A stretch of DNA of 64,000 nucleotides, taken from the NCBI GenBank assembly GCA_964016885.1, contig OZ024764.1:23126001-23190000 (forward strand), written 5' to 3'. Under the pieces are notes generated by a model. That model did not search any database, had not been told where the DNA came from, and worked only from the letters and a program-made list of their open reading frames with translations. The stretch comes from Eledone cirrhosa. Its lineage: Eukaryota. Below, one piece after another: positions 1-12,987 of the stretch. Each line of letters begins with the position of its first letter. Position 1 is the first letter of the stretch. Both the position numbers and the translations under genes were made by a program.

Positions 1-120
1 TAGGTTGTCTTGTACCTCTCACAGTCCCTCTAAATCTTATATTAAACAGGGAGATCTTTTACTCTCCAACCCTTCTTTCTCCTTATAGTCTCGCATCAAT
101 CAGTCCCTCTAGATATTACA
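1..120. repeat. End of 80-bp minisatellite, marking the tail of a further ZNF unit upstream of the window
   Basis: Same motif (tcacagtccctctagatcttatatttaacagggagatcttttac) as the arrays after the ZNF genes at 11815, 26880 and 40845. Confidence 0.85.
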
Positions 121-408
121 CCTAGTATCTAGTCTATGTTGAGTGGTACGTCCTTTTCCAGTAAAGGAGTTAATATTCCCAACCATCTGTCTATCCTGTT
201 TTCTGATGAGAATGAAGTCAATCTAGTTTATCTCTTCACCTGATTGAAGTAACTAGATCAAGTAATTAGATGTTTTCCTGTAAGTTAGTGTTGCAGTGTT
301 TGTGTCACCATGTAAGGTTTATATCTATTAATATAGAGATGTAGTAAAGTTTTCACTGTTGTATCTCTATTTTCTAAATATCTTAATAATGTTTCTCTAC
401 TATTTCAG

Positions 409-795
409 AATATCACATGACCTTGACAGAAAAGAGTCTTTTAAAGACAACAGAAAGATGTTACATTCAAGTGATATAAACTTGTTTAGTCTGTGGTGAA
501 TTATGGTGAAATATTTCTTCTGAATTGAGATAAATAACAACATATTCCTTTTTCACTGTCTGGAATATTTACAAGATGATTTTACATTCTGATTAAACTT
601 TGGATATTTACAAAGGTGTTTTCAAAATATTTGGATATTGACAAAGATCACATTTGATAAAATTATGAACAATAGAAATATTTACATCAACATAGGAATA
701 TTTTCCAGAAGAGATGGGAAAATCATTATACCACTGTAATATTTGTGGTAAAGTATTCTCTCTTCTTTATATGTAGAACATCTAACTAAACACTT
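409..795 (+). pseudogene. Relic ZNF exon: acceptor, decayed leader and one degenerate C2H2 finger
   Basis: tatttcag|AATATCAC acceptor parallels tatttcag|AATACCAG of the intact genes; translates to HCLEYLQDDF and then MGKSLYHCNICGKVFS(frameshift)HLTKH. Confidence 0.75.
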
Positions 796-904
796 TAACT
801 AACAAACTATTGTGCTATAGAATTGACAAACTTGAGGAATCTTTAATAAATGTTACAAATTTCTCCAAACTGTCATTTACTAACTTTAATTTGAAGCTAT
901 ATTA

Positions 905-1237
905 TCTATATACTACTAAAACTCTGTGATTGTGTCTTGTCCGTAATTTAATACAGCTAAAACAGTGCATAATGGGGAAATACTTTGAAAGGAATAAAAC
1001 AAGATTTGTATAAATTGGAGCACAGGTTCCCAAGATACGGGGTTTTCTGGGTACCTTCATAAATATAGGGAGAGAGCGAGAGAGTGGGCGCTGGTGGTGT
1101 TGTTTAATAAAATGTGTGTGTGTGTGTGTGTATATATATATACGTATGTGTATATTTTAACTATTTAAAAATTATTTTTAAATAACTTAAAAGATAATTT
1201 TAAGGCAACGTGACCCAACAGGTTCCAGGTGGTCTAG
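905..1237 (+). mobile_element. Non-autonomous Helitron-like element
   Basis: A|TC 5' end, CTAG|T 3' end, internal (TG)/(TA) microsatellite; subterminal hairpin gacc-caaca-ggtc is intact in the 28159 and 43923 copies. Confidence 0.7.
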
Positions 1238-1391
1238 TTTGTTACTAAATACTAGATATTAGAGGGTCATGTTGTTCTAGATGTGCTGGAAGAGCCATTC
1301 CATCTAGTGAGGTTCACACCAGCAGCTAGCCACCTCAGCACCTATGGTGGTATATTTATTATATTATTTATTCTTTATCATTAACATTAAT

Positions 1392-1810
1392 AGTGTAGGC
1401 TGGGTGCTTTTTGTTGTGACACCTACATGACCACTTTATAGTGTGGACTGGGTACTTTTTGTTGTGACACCTACACGACCCCTTTAAAGTTTCGGCTGGG
1501 TACTTTTTGTTGTCACCTACATGACCACTTTACAGTGTGGACTGGTTTCTTTTTGTCATATTACCTACATGACCACCTTATAGTGTTAGCTGTGAGTTCT
1601 TTGCAGTGTGGGCTGGTTTCTTTTTGTCATATCACCTACATGACCACCTTATAGTGTTGGCTGTGTGTTATTTGCAGTGTGGGCTGGTTTCTTTTTGTCA
1701 TATCACCTACATGACCACCTTATAATGTTGACTGTGTATTCTCTATAGTGTGGGTTGGGTGCTTTTTGTCATATCTCCTACCCAACCACTTTGCAGTGTG
1801 GGCAGTGAAA
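1392..1810 (-). repeat. ~48/~71-bp minisatellite in an RTE-type 3' tail
   Basis: Tandem agtgtgggctgg...acctacatgaccac units; in other units it directly follows the RTE tail motif ctggatgcccttcctagcaccaacc. Confidence 0.8.
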
Positions 1811-1834
1811 TATCAGTAATGCACCAGGTCCAAT

Positions 1835-2345
1835 ATTCAGTAATCAGAAGAAGGGAGGTAGGCATAAAAGCCAAACTTGCTGTCTTCAATTAGGTTTTTG
1901 TGCCAACCCTTACCTATGGTCACATATCTTGGGTAATGACCAAAAGAATATGATTGGGAATACAAATGGCAGATATGGGATTCCTCTGAAGGGTCTTTGA
2001 AGGAACGTTTCTCAATAAAGTGCATAGCTCTGAGATCAGAGAGTCACTCCAGGTGGAGCTGTTACTTCTCCGAATTGAGAGATCACAGCTGCAATACTAT
2101 GGCCATGTGGTTAGAATGTCTGAGGAAAGAATCACTGGATAGATTTTACAGGCAAAACTAACCGTTAGGAGACCCAGGGGTAGACCTGAGCAAGATGGTC
2201 ACATAACATCCATGAGCTTGGCTGGTCTCTCTGGGAGATCCAGCCAGATCAGTTGGAGTGGGTTGCTTCTGACAGGACCTGTTGGAGGGAGTGTTTGAGG
2301 ACTCTGCCCCCAAGACCCTCTCTGGAATGACTGGATTAATAAGAA
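1835..2345 (+). mobile_element. Decayed C-terminal fragment of an RTE-clade LINE (copies at ~13655-14155 and ~29500-30010)
   Basis: Plus-strand pieces LTYGHISWVMT and LQYYGHVVRMSEERI...RRPRGRP match the RTE C-terminal motif; stops present. Confidence 0.7.
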
Positions 2346-2627
2346 GAGGTTGAGGTTACATCATCAACATCAGATTTCCCTGCTAGCAAGGATTTAATGA
2401 GTCTACTTCAACCAAGTAAGTACTGAAGTGAGGCTACTGATCTCCCAGACAGACCAAGGATCTGAGACTTATTTACATAAGGTCTCATATGCTACTGAGT
2501 GCACAGAAAAGGTTGTCATGATTGAAGGGTTCTCTGACACTATTGTCGGGCAAGCTTTCTATGGCTAGATGTCCTTCACATGACCAACCACATTACAGCC
2601 TGTGTTGGGTGTGTTTATCATGTAGGT

Positions 2628-4938
2628 GAGGCATAACAAACTGAGGGTTCCCCAAGGGCCACATAGGTCACATGTGTTGTCTGAGGGTTGCACACTACAA
2701 CTAATTAAAGTCATTTAATAAAATATATTGCAGAAAGATTTGTTACTTAAATTTAGAAACATACAACGTACATACAAATGTTTTAGCAGCATTCATGAAT
2801 ACAAAGTAATGAAGTAGTTTGACAAAAAACTAAAATTTAACATGTCAACATATACTTGCAGATTGTAACAGCAACAAATACATTGTACACAAATAACAAC
2901 AGTTCAAAACTGAACATTTATTTGCTACTATTCAACTATTTTTAGTGTTTTGTCCTGAGGCTTGACACTTCTTTCTGTTGACTATTTTAGGTATATCTGG
3001 CTGAAATGTCTGTACAGTTCCAACTTTAATCAGATGACAAGTGTTGATCAGTCAGCCTTGTTCTCTGAGAAGTTTTTGTTAATTTCATGAAGGAAAATAA
3101 CTGTCCACTCACATAGGTAGAACCAAACATTGCCATAATCTTTGTGACAAACTTTCTGATGTTAATAAACTTTTCAGGAAGGTATGAAAAGAAACCAGGT
3201 ATCCCCACTACAAGATACTTTGTTCTGAGTGTAGAATCTGACTGCATTTCCAATAGTTCCATCTGCAGGCATTCTTCTGCCTTCATCAAAGGTGAATGGT
3301 GCTGAGAATAATGTAAACTGATGTTCAAAAAATGAGAAATCACAAAATCTTTCTTGAAATTTCTTTAACAACAATTCCAGGTGACTGTCATACTTAACTA
3401 AGCTAAATACAGACTCAGTATTGGCAGTGTTTTTCAGTTCTTTGCACATAGGAAAATGAACTAAATTTTCATCTGACGACGGAGATTTCCATAAGCTTAG
3501 TTTTCTAATGAAGCACTTGATGTCATCATTCAACTGATTGATGGGTTTGTTTTAACCTTGTAATTTCAAATTAAGATCAGTTAATTGTGCAGTAATATCC
3601 ACAACAAAAGCCAGATGTTGGAGCCAACTTTCATCTTTTATTTCATCTGTGTTTTAACCTTTTCTCTCCAAAGACATAAATCTTTTCAGCACTTTGTGAC
3701 ATGTCAACCAGCAGACTTCTGTGTAGAATGGAACATCAGTGAACTGATTATCCATATCTTCCAACAACTGGCTGAACTGACGGTGGTTGAGAGCATGACC
3801 TCTGATTTAGTTCACTGTCTTTGTGACCAAGCTAAGCACATGATGCAATTTTAAAATCTTTGAACATAAATTTTGTTGATGAATAATAGTGAAAATGTGC
3901 AAATGATGAATGTAGATATGAGTTTTCTATTTTTGTTTGTAACTTGGCAGCAACACCATTATGTCTACCAACCATATTTGCAGCACTGTCAGTAGATAAA
4001 CATGAAAGTTTACTCAGATCAAAACCATGCAGACCCTGCTTGACCTTCTCAAAGATGTCCTGGCTTGTTATAGTGTCATGCATGGGGACCAGTTCAATCA
4101 GTCCTTCATAAATATTAAATTCACAGTCACAGGTCCTGGTGAAGAATGCAAGCTGTACTATTCCAGTGATGTCAAGAGTCTCATCAATAGCAATAGAAAC
4201 ATGTTCAAACCTTGATGATACAGCCTTTAACTGTTGTTTCAGATCACCTGACATTTCATTAATCTGTTCAGCTAATGAAATGTCTTTGAATAACTCTGCT
4301 TTCTCTGGACAATTTCAGCTGTTTTTACAAGACATTGCTTTACAAAATCTCCTTCACTGTAAGATTTCCCACTCATGGCAATCATTTGACTGAGTTCATA
4401 GCTTGCAGTAACGGAAGTGACATCCTCTTCCTGAATTAACATAAAACAGGTCTATTGCTGTGTCAAGTTAACCTTCAATTCCTTGAGTCTTGAAACACAC
4501 ATTGGGCCTTCATATTTATCGTAAGATCGAGGGTTTGTTTCATAATGTCTTTTTAAATTGTACTCTTTTGGCGTGGCAATGTAGTTGTTGCAAATTAAAC
4601 AGTGTATCTTTCTGTTCACCATTGGGCAAAAATACTGTAATTCCCACTTTTCTTGAAACACTTGCCCTTCTTCGTTCACTTTCCTTTTTCTCTTAGCTGG
4701 AGGAGCACTAACCATTTCAAAAACGAAATCATTTGAAATTTTGAAAGAAAGTTTTCTGTTAATGAGCTGCACGTGATTAATGGAAGTTAAAAGTAGTTGA
4801 CAAAATTTGCAAAAAAAAAATAATTGTATCGAAAATGTTTTAAATTTTATATTACGAAAATGAAACATGCTCGCATTGTAAAAACCTTAGTGTGGGCCGC
4901 AGGTTTGCTTGCAAAGGGCTGCATGTCTGACATGTCTG
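2628..4938 (-). mobile_element. Decayed hAT (Buster/SPIN-like) DNA transposon
   Basis: 8-bp TSD ATGTAGGT on both sides (2620-2627, 4939-4946) with central TA; degenerate TIRs; ORF pieces FQEKWELQYF...CLIC...YNLKRHYET, SIAIDE, STDSAANM, MFGSTY. Confidence 0.9.
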
Positions 4939-5039
4939 ATGTAGGTTACCAACACTAGGGAGGGCAGCATGTCCTTCAATGTCTTCTGCTACATTAACTA
5001 CCAGGAGGTCACCACATGAGACAAAGACTACATTTCAAA

Positions 5040-5335
5040 GAAGGGTCATAAAAGAACTAAATACGAAAGTACCCACAGCAACAAGCAAATAATTGAGCTT
5101 TGGGTCTAGGTCAAGGGGCAGAAGTGCTGTGCCCTGTGGATAAGACTACAAATGTATCCCCCCCCCTGGTCGATGGACAGTTACACCCACTGCAACAGCC
5201 ACCCCAACCTCATGGGGCTCCCTCTTCAGAAGGGCCACCAACGTTCTGATCTTACAGAGGAGCTTGGCAGTACGGGGTCCAAGTACTTCTGAGGTCTCGA
5301 TGGTGACCAGTGTGAAGAGACCTACAATTGATGTG
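5040..5335 (-). mobile_element. 3' fragment of a CRE-like (RLE) non-LTR retrotransposon (copies ~16495-16770, ~32450-32745)
   Basis: FT(L/P)VTIETSEVLGPRTAKLL aligns with FQPVAFETFGGVGPLTARFL of the CRE-like element at 54620. Confidence 0.55.
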
Positions 5336-5750
5336 ATCCCAGTTATGTTGGACTGTAATATACTGGGGTATAGAGAGGCCTTAACCTGTCTCAGCCGGGC
5401 CACCCAGGGTTGTGTCATCTAGGTACCAGACAGGGGTGACTAGACCATGTTGTCAACTGTCAGCACCAATAGGAGTGAGGCGAGTGGGTCCCCTTGCGAG
5501 ACACCATATATAAAACGTATTTGCTAATTACTTTAATGAATAATTTGTTTCATACGTAATTATTCCTTTTAACACAATAGGATTTTGTACACGTGTTTGT
5601 TTGAAAACATCTTTCAAAGAAGTATGAGACAGTCTTTTGTAGTGTTTATTATAATAAATTACTGTATGTTGAGCTGTTTTAACTTCTCCACCTTCCATTA
5701 TTTTATATTGTTTTTGTAAGAAAACGAGATCTTTTTCATATATATATATG

Positions 5751-5963
5751 AAGGCGTGTGGCTGAGTGGTTAGAGAATTGGATTCGGAATTGTGAGGTTG
5801 TGAGTTCGATTCTCTGACTGGGCGATGCGTTCTGTCCTTGAGCAAGACATTTTATTTCACGTTGCTCCTTCTACCTGGAGTTGCGACCGATAGATAGTAT
5901 TAGCAATTGGAAAGACCAATGGAAACATTGTTTCCTCGGTCCGATTTGACGAAAAGTCGATCA
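5751..5963 (+). mobile_element. tRNA-derived SINE (copy at ~17195-17407; head deleted at ~33068-33150)
   Basis: A box TGGCTGAGTGG, B box GAGTTCGATTC, CORE-like gtccttgagcaagaca; inserted next to (TA)n. Confidence 0.8.
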
Positions 5964-6779
5964 TAAAAAATATATAGAGAGAGAAACACACAAACATACA
6001 CTACTGTATTACATATGTCAGGGGAGACAACTCTCGTTACATCCACCTTTCTTTTTGATATACGTCCTTTAAATACTTTCTTCAATGGAACCTGCTTTAT
6101 TTTGTGTCCTAAGTAGATTTCTGTTTAACTATTTACGAGATTCACAATGATTCACGTAACCAAGTTACTTACATAGAGATATATTTCACATAGAATCACA
6201 ACAAATGAAAATATTAAGTCAACACTCTGTCAATCAGTCTCACATCACATGGGGTGCCGGAGTCTCCCTCTAATACTTTCTGAGACAGTCTTACCTCGAG
6301 TGATAGCAAGGCTAAGATGTTGGAACTACCAAACACCCTCATATGTATCACCTGACACCTCGGTAAGGAGAGCTGCCAACGATAACAAGAACCTCGTTGT
6401 CAGGGACCTATCTCCTCCAAACTTCTCCAACACCACAGACTAGAATATTCTACTCTTTATTCCCTATCAAATATATTTCAGTCTAGTAATTTACTTGTAT
6501 CTTGTATATATATTTTCAAAACTAACTGTCACATTTGTGAGACCCCAGTTAGTGATGTTTTTGTCTCCCTCCCACATCCTACATGCTGTAGTAAAAGTGA
6601 GGGTCACTGCTTCTGTAGACGAACGAAATAAAAGTTAAACTACCAGTAATTATAAACTACCAGTAATTAAGGAAAGATAATTATTTCCCAGCTAACTGGA
6701 GAAATGTGTAGCTCTACTAAACTCCGATAATCCTGTCTCCCACTTCTTTATCTACAAATCTAGTCATTTCCTGCTACTT

Positions 6780-7420
6780 TGTTCCCTGGGGTATGCCGTA
6801 GTATTTGACACCATCTATCTGTCTTACTCCCTAACTAGAAAGAAGTCAATCTGTCTCATGTGCTCACCTGATTGGTAGGTTATTAGGTGGTTGGTAGGTT
6901 TCTTGAAGTGTTGCAAATGGTTAGTTCACTTGCATCACAAAATACAAGAAGCCTCACTCCTTCTTCATTTCTTGAGCCATAACCATGACCACCATGTACC
7001 CCAGTGTATCCATCCTGGAGCTGTCCAACATGACCATTGAAGTCCCCTGCTATTATAACTAGATCTCTGTCCTCTGTCATTGTGGTTATCTCTACTTATT
7101 CCTTTTCTACATATGGAGCAGGGCCACTTTCCTGAAGGTGTCAGGGTCTTCTCTCCTATCCATTAGCACTTTAGTTTTGGCTAAGTATATTCTCAGAACT
7201 TACCATTTCAAATTCTATATCTATAGTTGGTCATCTACATAGAGAAGTTTCCATAGACTGCCAGTCTTAAACCTCTCTGTTATGGCTTGGAGAACTATGA
7301 TGAACAACAGTGGGCTAAGAAATAAAGCATGATGAACTCCTACCTGTACCTTCAATTCTTCACTAGACACACTTTACTGACAGCTTCTCACAAGCCATTC
7401 TTCTACACCTAATTTCCTTA
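6780..7420 (-). mobile_element. Decayed RTE-clade LINE fragments, endonuclease piece then RT piece (copies ~22928-23560, ~55767-56400)
   Basis: ORF 6883-7080 IIAGDFNGHVG...HGGHGYGSRNEEG matches the intact LINE at 62110. Confidence 0.8.
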
Positions 7421-7493
7421 ACCCTTTAGTATATAAACGGGCCATATCTGGCCAGAATTCTCCCACATCTTTCTGTTCAAACTGGCCGTAATT

Positions 7494-9406
7494 AAATAAT
7501 AATAATAATAATGAAATTATTGTGTACAGTGCTCAGGTGCACTACAACTCATCAAAGGTGCATGTATAGTACATAGAATAATGTACAAATGTCAGGAAAA
7601 TGAACAGTGTATGAGTCATGATATAATAACAATAATGAAATATTGTGTATAGTGCCCAGGTGCACCACAACTCATCAAAAAAGTGCATGTACAGTACATA
7701 GGGCAATGCACAAACATCAGTAAAATGAACAGTGCACGAGTCATGATACACACGTGTGCATGTGTATGGAAGGGGTACATCAGGTGTAGTTTTGGCGTAT
7801 TTCGGGAAGCTTGAGTGTCTTAAAGGATGCAGTGTCTCAGCAGCTAACAACTGACGCAGGCAGTTTGTTCCCTACTTCAGCAACTCTGAGCGTGAAAAAA
7901 TGTCTACGAAAGTCATGGGAGCTGTGCTGTTTTCTGATCTTGTAGGCATGTCCACGTGTGTTAGACACATGGAGATCAAAGAGGCGCTCTGGGTTGTAAT
8001 TGGCGAGATGGTTAAAAACTTTGTGGGTATTCACCAAGTCCATTGCCAGACGTCGGAGCTTCAATGAATTCATGCCCAGGGAAGCAAGGCGTTCAGAGTA
8101 TGGTAGGTGTCTGATGGAGGGTATGTGCTTGGTTGCACGTCTCTGAACAATTTCCAGGAGGTCAATGTTCTGAGCAAGATAGGGGTTCCAGACTGATGAT
8201 GCGAATTCCAAGTGTGGTCGTACCATAGCTGTATACAGTTTTAAATAGATGGCTGGAGAGCGGCTAACAAAGGTCTTGCTGAGTGATGCCAAGACACCCT
8301 CGGCCTTCTTGACAATCTTAGAGACATGCTTTGTCCAACACAAATCGTTGCTGACAGTAATGCCCAGGTCACGTTCACAAGAGGACTTTTTGATATCAGT
8401 GTTGTGGAGGGAGTATGTGGACGCTGGATTTTTCCTTCCAAAATGCATGGTGGTACACTTGTCCACAGCCAGCTTCAGTTGCCAGTCTGTGATCCATTGC
8501 TGCATTGTGTCCAGGTCTGATTGTAGGAAAGAGTTGTAAATTTCAGGATCAGTCCTTTTGATTTCAGGGTACAGCTTGATGTCATCTGCATATTTCAGTA
8601 CCGTGGCATTCTGTAAGTTGGCATCTATGTCATTAATATATGCCACAAACAAAAGAGGACCAAGAACAGATCCCTGTGGTAGACCAGATGACATCTCATA
8701 TGGTGAAGAATGCTGTCCTAGAACCGTGACTACTTCCTTTCGGCTGAGAATGAAGGATTTCAACCAGTCGAAAAGATCATCCCTCACACCCATTGCAGAG
8801 AGTTTTGCCATAAGTCTTTTGTGTGGCACAGAATTAAAAGCCTTAGCAAAGTCAAGGTAAACAACATCCACCCATGAGCCGCTGTCAGTGATCCGGGTGA
8901 TGTCCTCAAGGAACTCGATAAGCTGATCACAGCAGCTGGAGTTAGGGATAAATCCAAACTGTGAGGGCCGGATGAGGCTGTGAGAGCTCCAGAAGTTCCA
9001 AAGTGTTTCTCTGACACAGGATTCCATCAGTTTGGCCATACAGCTAGTAAGACTGACTGGACGATAGTTGACAGGTGACATGCGGTTGCCCTTTTTGAAC
9101 AGGGCAATGACACTGGCAGTTTTCCACTGCTCCGGAGTAGCACCATTGTTGAGACAGTATTGAAAGAAGAAAGAAAGCTGGCGCAAAAGGAAATACCCGC
9201 CACGTTTGAGAAGCAGGTATGTCACACCATCAAGACCAGGGGAGGCATAGTTGCGCTTATTCTTAAGGTGACGTCGCAACATTGCAGGTGTAAATTCCAT
9301 AGTTGTTATGGAATTTGATGTTAGAGATGGTGGAGATGGTACATTCTGGTTTTCAACAGTAAAAATACTTGCATAGCACTCAGCAATGAGTTCTGCGCAT
9401 TCCTTG
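7494..9406 (-). mobile_element. 5'-truncated CR1-clade LINE, unique to unit 1
   Basis: (TTA)n tail at 7494-7512; ~123-bp duplication in the 3' UTR; empty site ggccgtaactggtcac in units 2 and 4. Confidence 0.9.
7837..9300 (-). CDS. CR1-type reverse transcriptase ORF2, N-terminally truncated
   Basis: NYRPVSLTS, YLDFAKAF, PQGSVLGPLLF, YADD, ERDLG, VRPHLEFASSVWNPY, TRGH; frame also open from 9300 to the truncation at 9406. Confidence 0.9.
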   Translation of the reverse strand: MEFTPAMLRRHLKNKRNYASPGLDGVTYLLLKRGGYFLLRQLSFFFQYCLNNGATPEQWKTASVIALFKKGNRMSPVNYRPVSLTSCMAKLMESCVRETLWNFWSSHSLIRPSQFGFIPNSSCCDQLIEFLEDITRITDSGSWVDVVYLDFAKAFNSVPHKRLMAKLSAMGVRDDLFDWLKSFILSRKEVVTVLGQHSSPYEMSSGLPQGSVLGPLLFVAYINDIDANLQNATVLKYADDIKLYPEIKRTDPEIYNSFLQSDLDTMQQWITDWQLKLAVDKCTTMHFGRKNPASTYSLHNTDIKKSSCERDLGITVSNDLCWTKHVSKIVKKAEGVLASLSKTFVSRSPAIYLKLYTAMVRPHLEFASSVWNPYLAQNIDLLEIVQRRATKHIPSIRHLPYSERLASLGMNSLKLRRLAMDLVNTHKVFNHLANYNPERLFDLHVSNTRGHAYKIRKQHSSHDFRRHFFTLRVAEVGNKLPASVVSC

Positions 9407-9546
9407 ATTGGTCACTTATACTTATGTTAAGGTATTGTTCTCAAAATAAATAACATGAAAATCTCATAGATTTGATATTATGAGAGATAAAGCATTTACT
9501 GTGAAAATATAATAGTAAATATAGAGTAATGTGAATACTAAAGGGT

Positions 9547-9805
9547 TAATCTAATGTCACTAATAACTACTTTTATCAGTCAGTATAATCTAATGTCACT
9601 AATAACTACTTTTATCAGTCAGTTTAATCTAATCTCACTAATAACTACTTTTATCTGTCAGTATAATCTAATGTCACTAATAACTAGTTTTATCAGTCAC
9701 TTTAATCTAATGTCACTAATAACTACTTTTATCTGTCAGTATAATCTAATGTCACTAATAACTACTTTTATCAGTCAGTATAATCTACTACCACTAATAA
9801 CTAAC
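9547..9805. repeat. 39-bp minisatellite, 6 full copies
   Basis: Unit atgtcactaataactacttttatcagtcagtataatcta. Confidence 0.95.
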
Positions 9806-9948
9806 CTATGTTAGGCAGCACATTCTTCACCAAAGAAGGCCTTAGTATTTATTACAGTCCATTTATCAATATAGAAATATTATATGAAATTTGTACTGAT
9901 GTATTACAAGTTTCTGAGTATCTTATAATGTTCTTTTATTATTTCAGA

Positions 9949-11190
<1,242 letters not shown>

Positions 11191-11457
11191 CTGTATCAAT
11201 ATCAAACTCATTACATCATACTACAACAACAACAATTGTGTAGATCCATCATCCTTGCTAAAACTGGGGTTAACCTTGTAGGTTTTACCTATGACAGGGA
11301 TCATAAACACCAGGTTTCCATTTTTGAAGCAGTGTCTCAAGATTTTGTGTAAATTAAAGTTTTTCACATTAAACTTTGATTTATTATACTTTAACAGGTA
11401 AGATATATATTTGTATTTTTAGTAAAGGTTTGGAACTTCTGTAATTTAAACCTGCCA

Positions 11458-11463
11458 ATTAAA
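11458..11463 (+). terminator. Candidate poly(A) signal ATTAAA (AATAAA in paralogs at 26503, 40571, 59591)
   Basis: About 260-270 nt after each stop, followed by a GT/T-rich tract (ttttgttgtt). Confidence 0.6.
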
Positions 11464-11814
11464 TGAAAACTTTTGTTGTTGCTAGTCAGACATTGATATT
11501 AATTCTATTGTCCTGTACATTGTCTCAAATATCACAGATTAAACAGATTTTAACAATATCAACAGAAATCAATAACTTGTAAATCTAGCTTCCATTTTAA
11601 CTATTTGATATTGTTGTTCCCCTCCTGTCTCTTCAGGTCTTTTAGATTTCAACTTCTATTTACTGGACTATTCCATCACCAAGGCAACATTCATCTGGCT
11701 GGCAGCTTACATCAACTACAAATATCATCAGTGGTTCACAACAGGCTGTCTGAAAGAAACTTGCAGATATCTTCTATGTCATAGCTATCAATATCCTCCT
11801 CCTTATCATATGTA

Positions 11815-12325
11815 CCAGTCTCACAGTCCCTCTAGATCTTATATTTAAGAGGGAGATCTTTTACTGTCCCTACACTTTTATCAAGATAGTCTTGTACCAC
11901 TCTCACAGTCCCTATAGATCTTATATTTAACAAGGAGATCTTTTACTACCTGTACCCTTTTCTCTAGGTTTTCTTGTACCTCTCTCACAGTCCCTCAATA
12001 TCTTATATTTCACAGGGAGATCTTTTACTGTCCATACCCTTTTCTCTAGGTTGTCTTGTACCTCTCACAGTCCCTGTAGATCTTATATTTAACAGGGAGA
12101 TCTTTTACTGTCCCTACCCTTTTCTCTAGGTTGTCTTGTACCTCTCACAGTCCCTCTAGATCTTATATTTAACGGAGATCTTTTACTCTCCAACCCTTTT
12201 CTCTAGGTTGTCTTGTACCACCCTCACAGTCCCTGTAGATCTTATATTTAACAGGGAGATCTTTTACTCTCCAACCCTTCTATCTCCAGATAGTCTTGTA
12301 TCTGTCAGTCCCTCTAGATCTTACA
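11815..12325. repeat. 80-bp minisatellite, ~6 copies
   Basis: Period 80 (cctctcacag at 12061 and 12141). Confidence 0.9.
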
Positions 12326-12600
12326 CCTAGTATCTAGTCTATGTTGAGTGGTACGTCCTTCTCCAGTAAAGGAGTTAATATTCCCAACCATCTGTCTATC
12401 CTGTTTTCTGATGAGAATGAAGTCAATCTAGTTTATCTCTTCACCTGATTGAAGTAACTAGATGTTTTCCTGTAAGTTAGTGTTGCAGTGTTTGTGTCAC
12501 CATGTAAGGTTTATATCTATTAATATAGAGATGTAGTAAAGTTTTCACTGTTGTATCTCTACTTTCTAAATATCTTAATAATGTTTCTCTACTATTTCAG

Positions 12601-12846
12601 AATATCACATGACCTTGACAGAAAAGAGTCTTTTAAAGACAACAGAAAGATGTTACATACAAGTGATATAAACTTGTTTAGTCTGTGGTGAATTATGGTG
12701 AAATATTTCTTCTGAATTGAGATAAATAACAACATTTTCCTTTTTCACTGTCTGGAATATTTACAAGATGATTTTACATTCTGATTAAACTTTGGATATT
12801 TACAAAGGAGTTTTCAAAATATTTGGATATTGACAAAGATCACATT
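12601..12846 (+). pseudogene. Truncated relic ZNF exon (finger and Helitron removed by deletion)
   Basis: Matches 409-655, then jumps to ttagggaatactg (equivalent to ~28776). Confidence 0.7.
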
Positions 12847-12987
12847 AGGGAATACTGTTATTGTGTGAAAGTTTTCTAAATCTTCTTCAGCCACTAACAT
12901 GGAGAAGATATTTCAGTAAGAAGGTTCACATCCTGACATCTATAGCTGTTAACAATGAGATTGGAATTCATTATTAAACAAATGTTA

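Noticed and set aside
3026-4868. Domesticated GTF2IRD2/ZBED-like host gene
   Set aside because: Multiple frameshifts and deletions, with TIRs and TSD retained, indicate a dead transposon
5751-5825. tRNA gene
   Set aside because: A/B boxes present but continues into a SINE body, with no clean cloverleaf or poly-T terminator
11637-11784. AUG created by splicing exon 1 (..AT) to the |GTCT acceptor, giving a ~49-codon ORF
   Set aside because: No recognisable protein, truncated in units 3 and 4, and no transcript evidence
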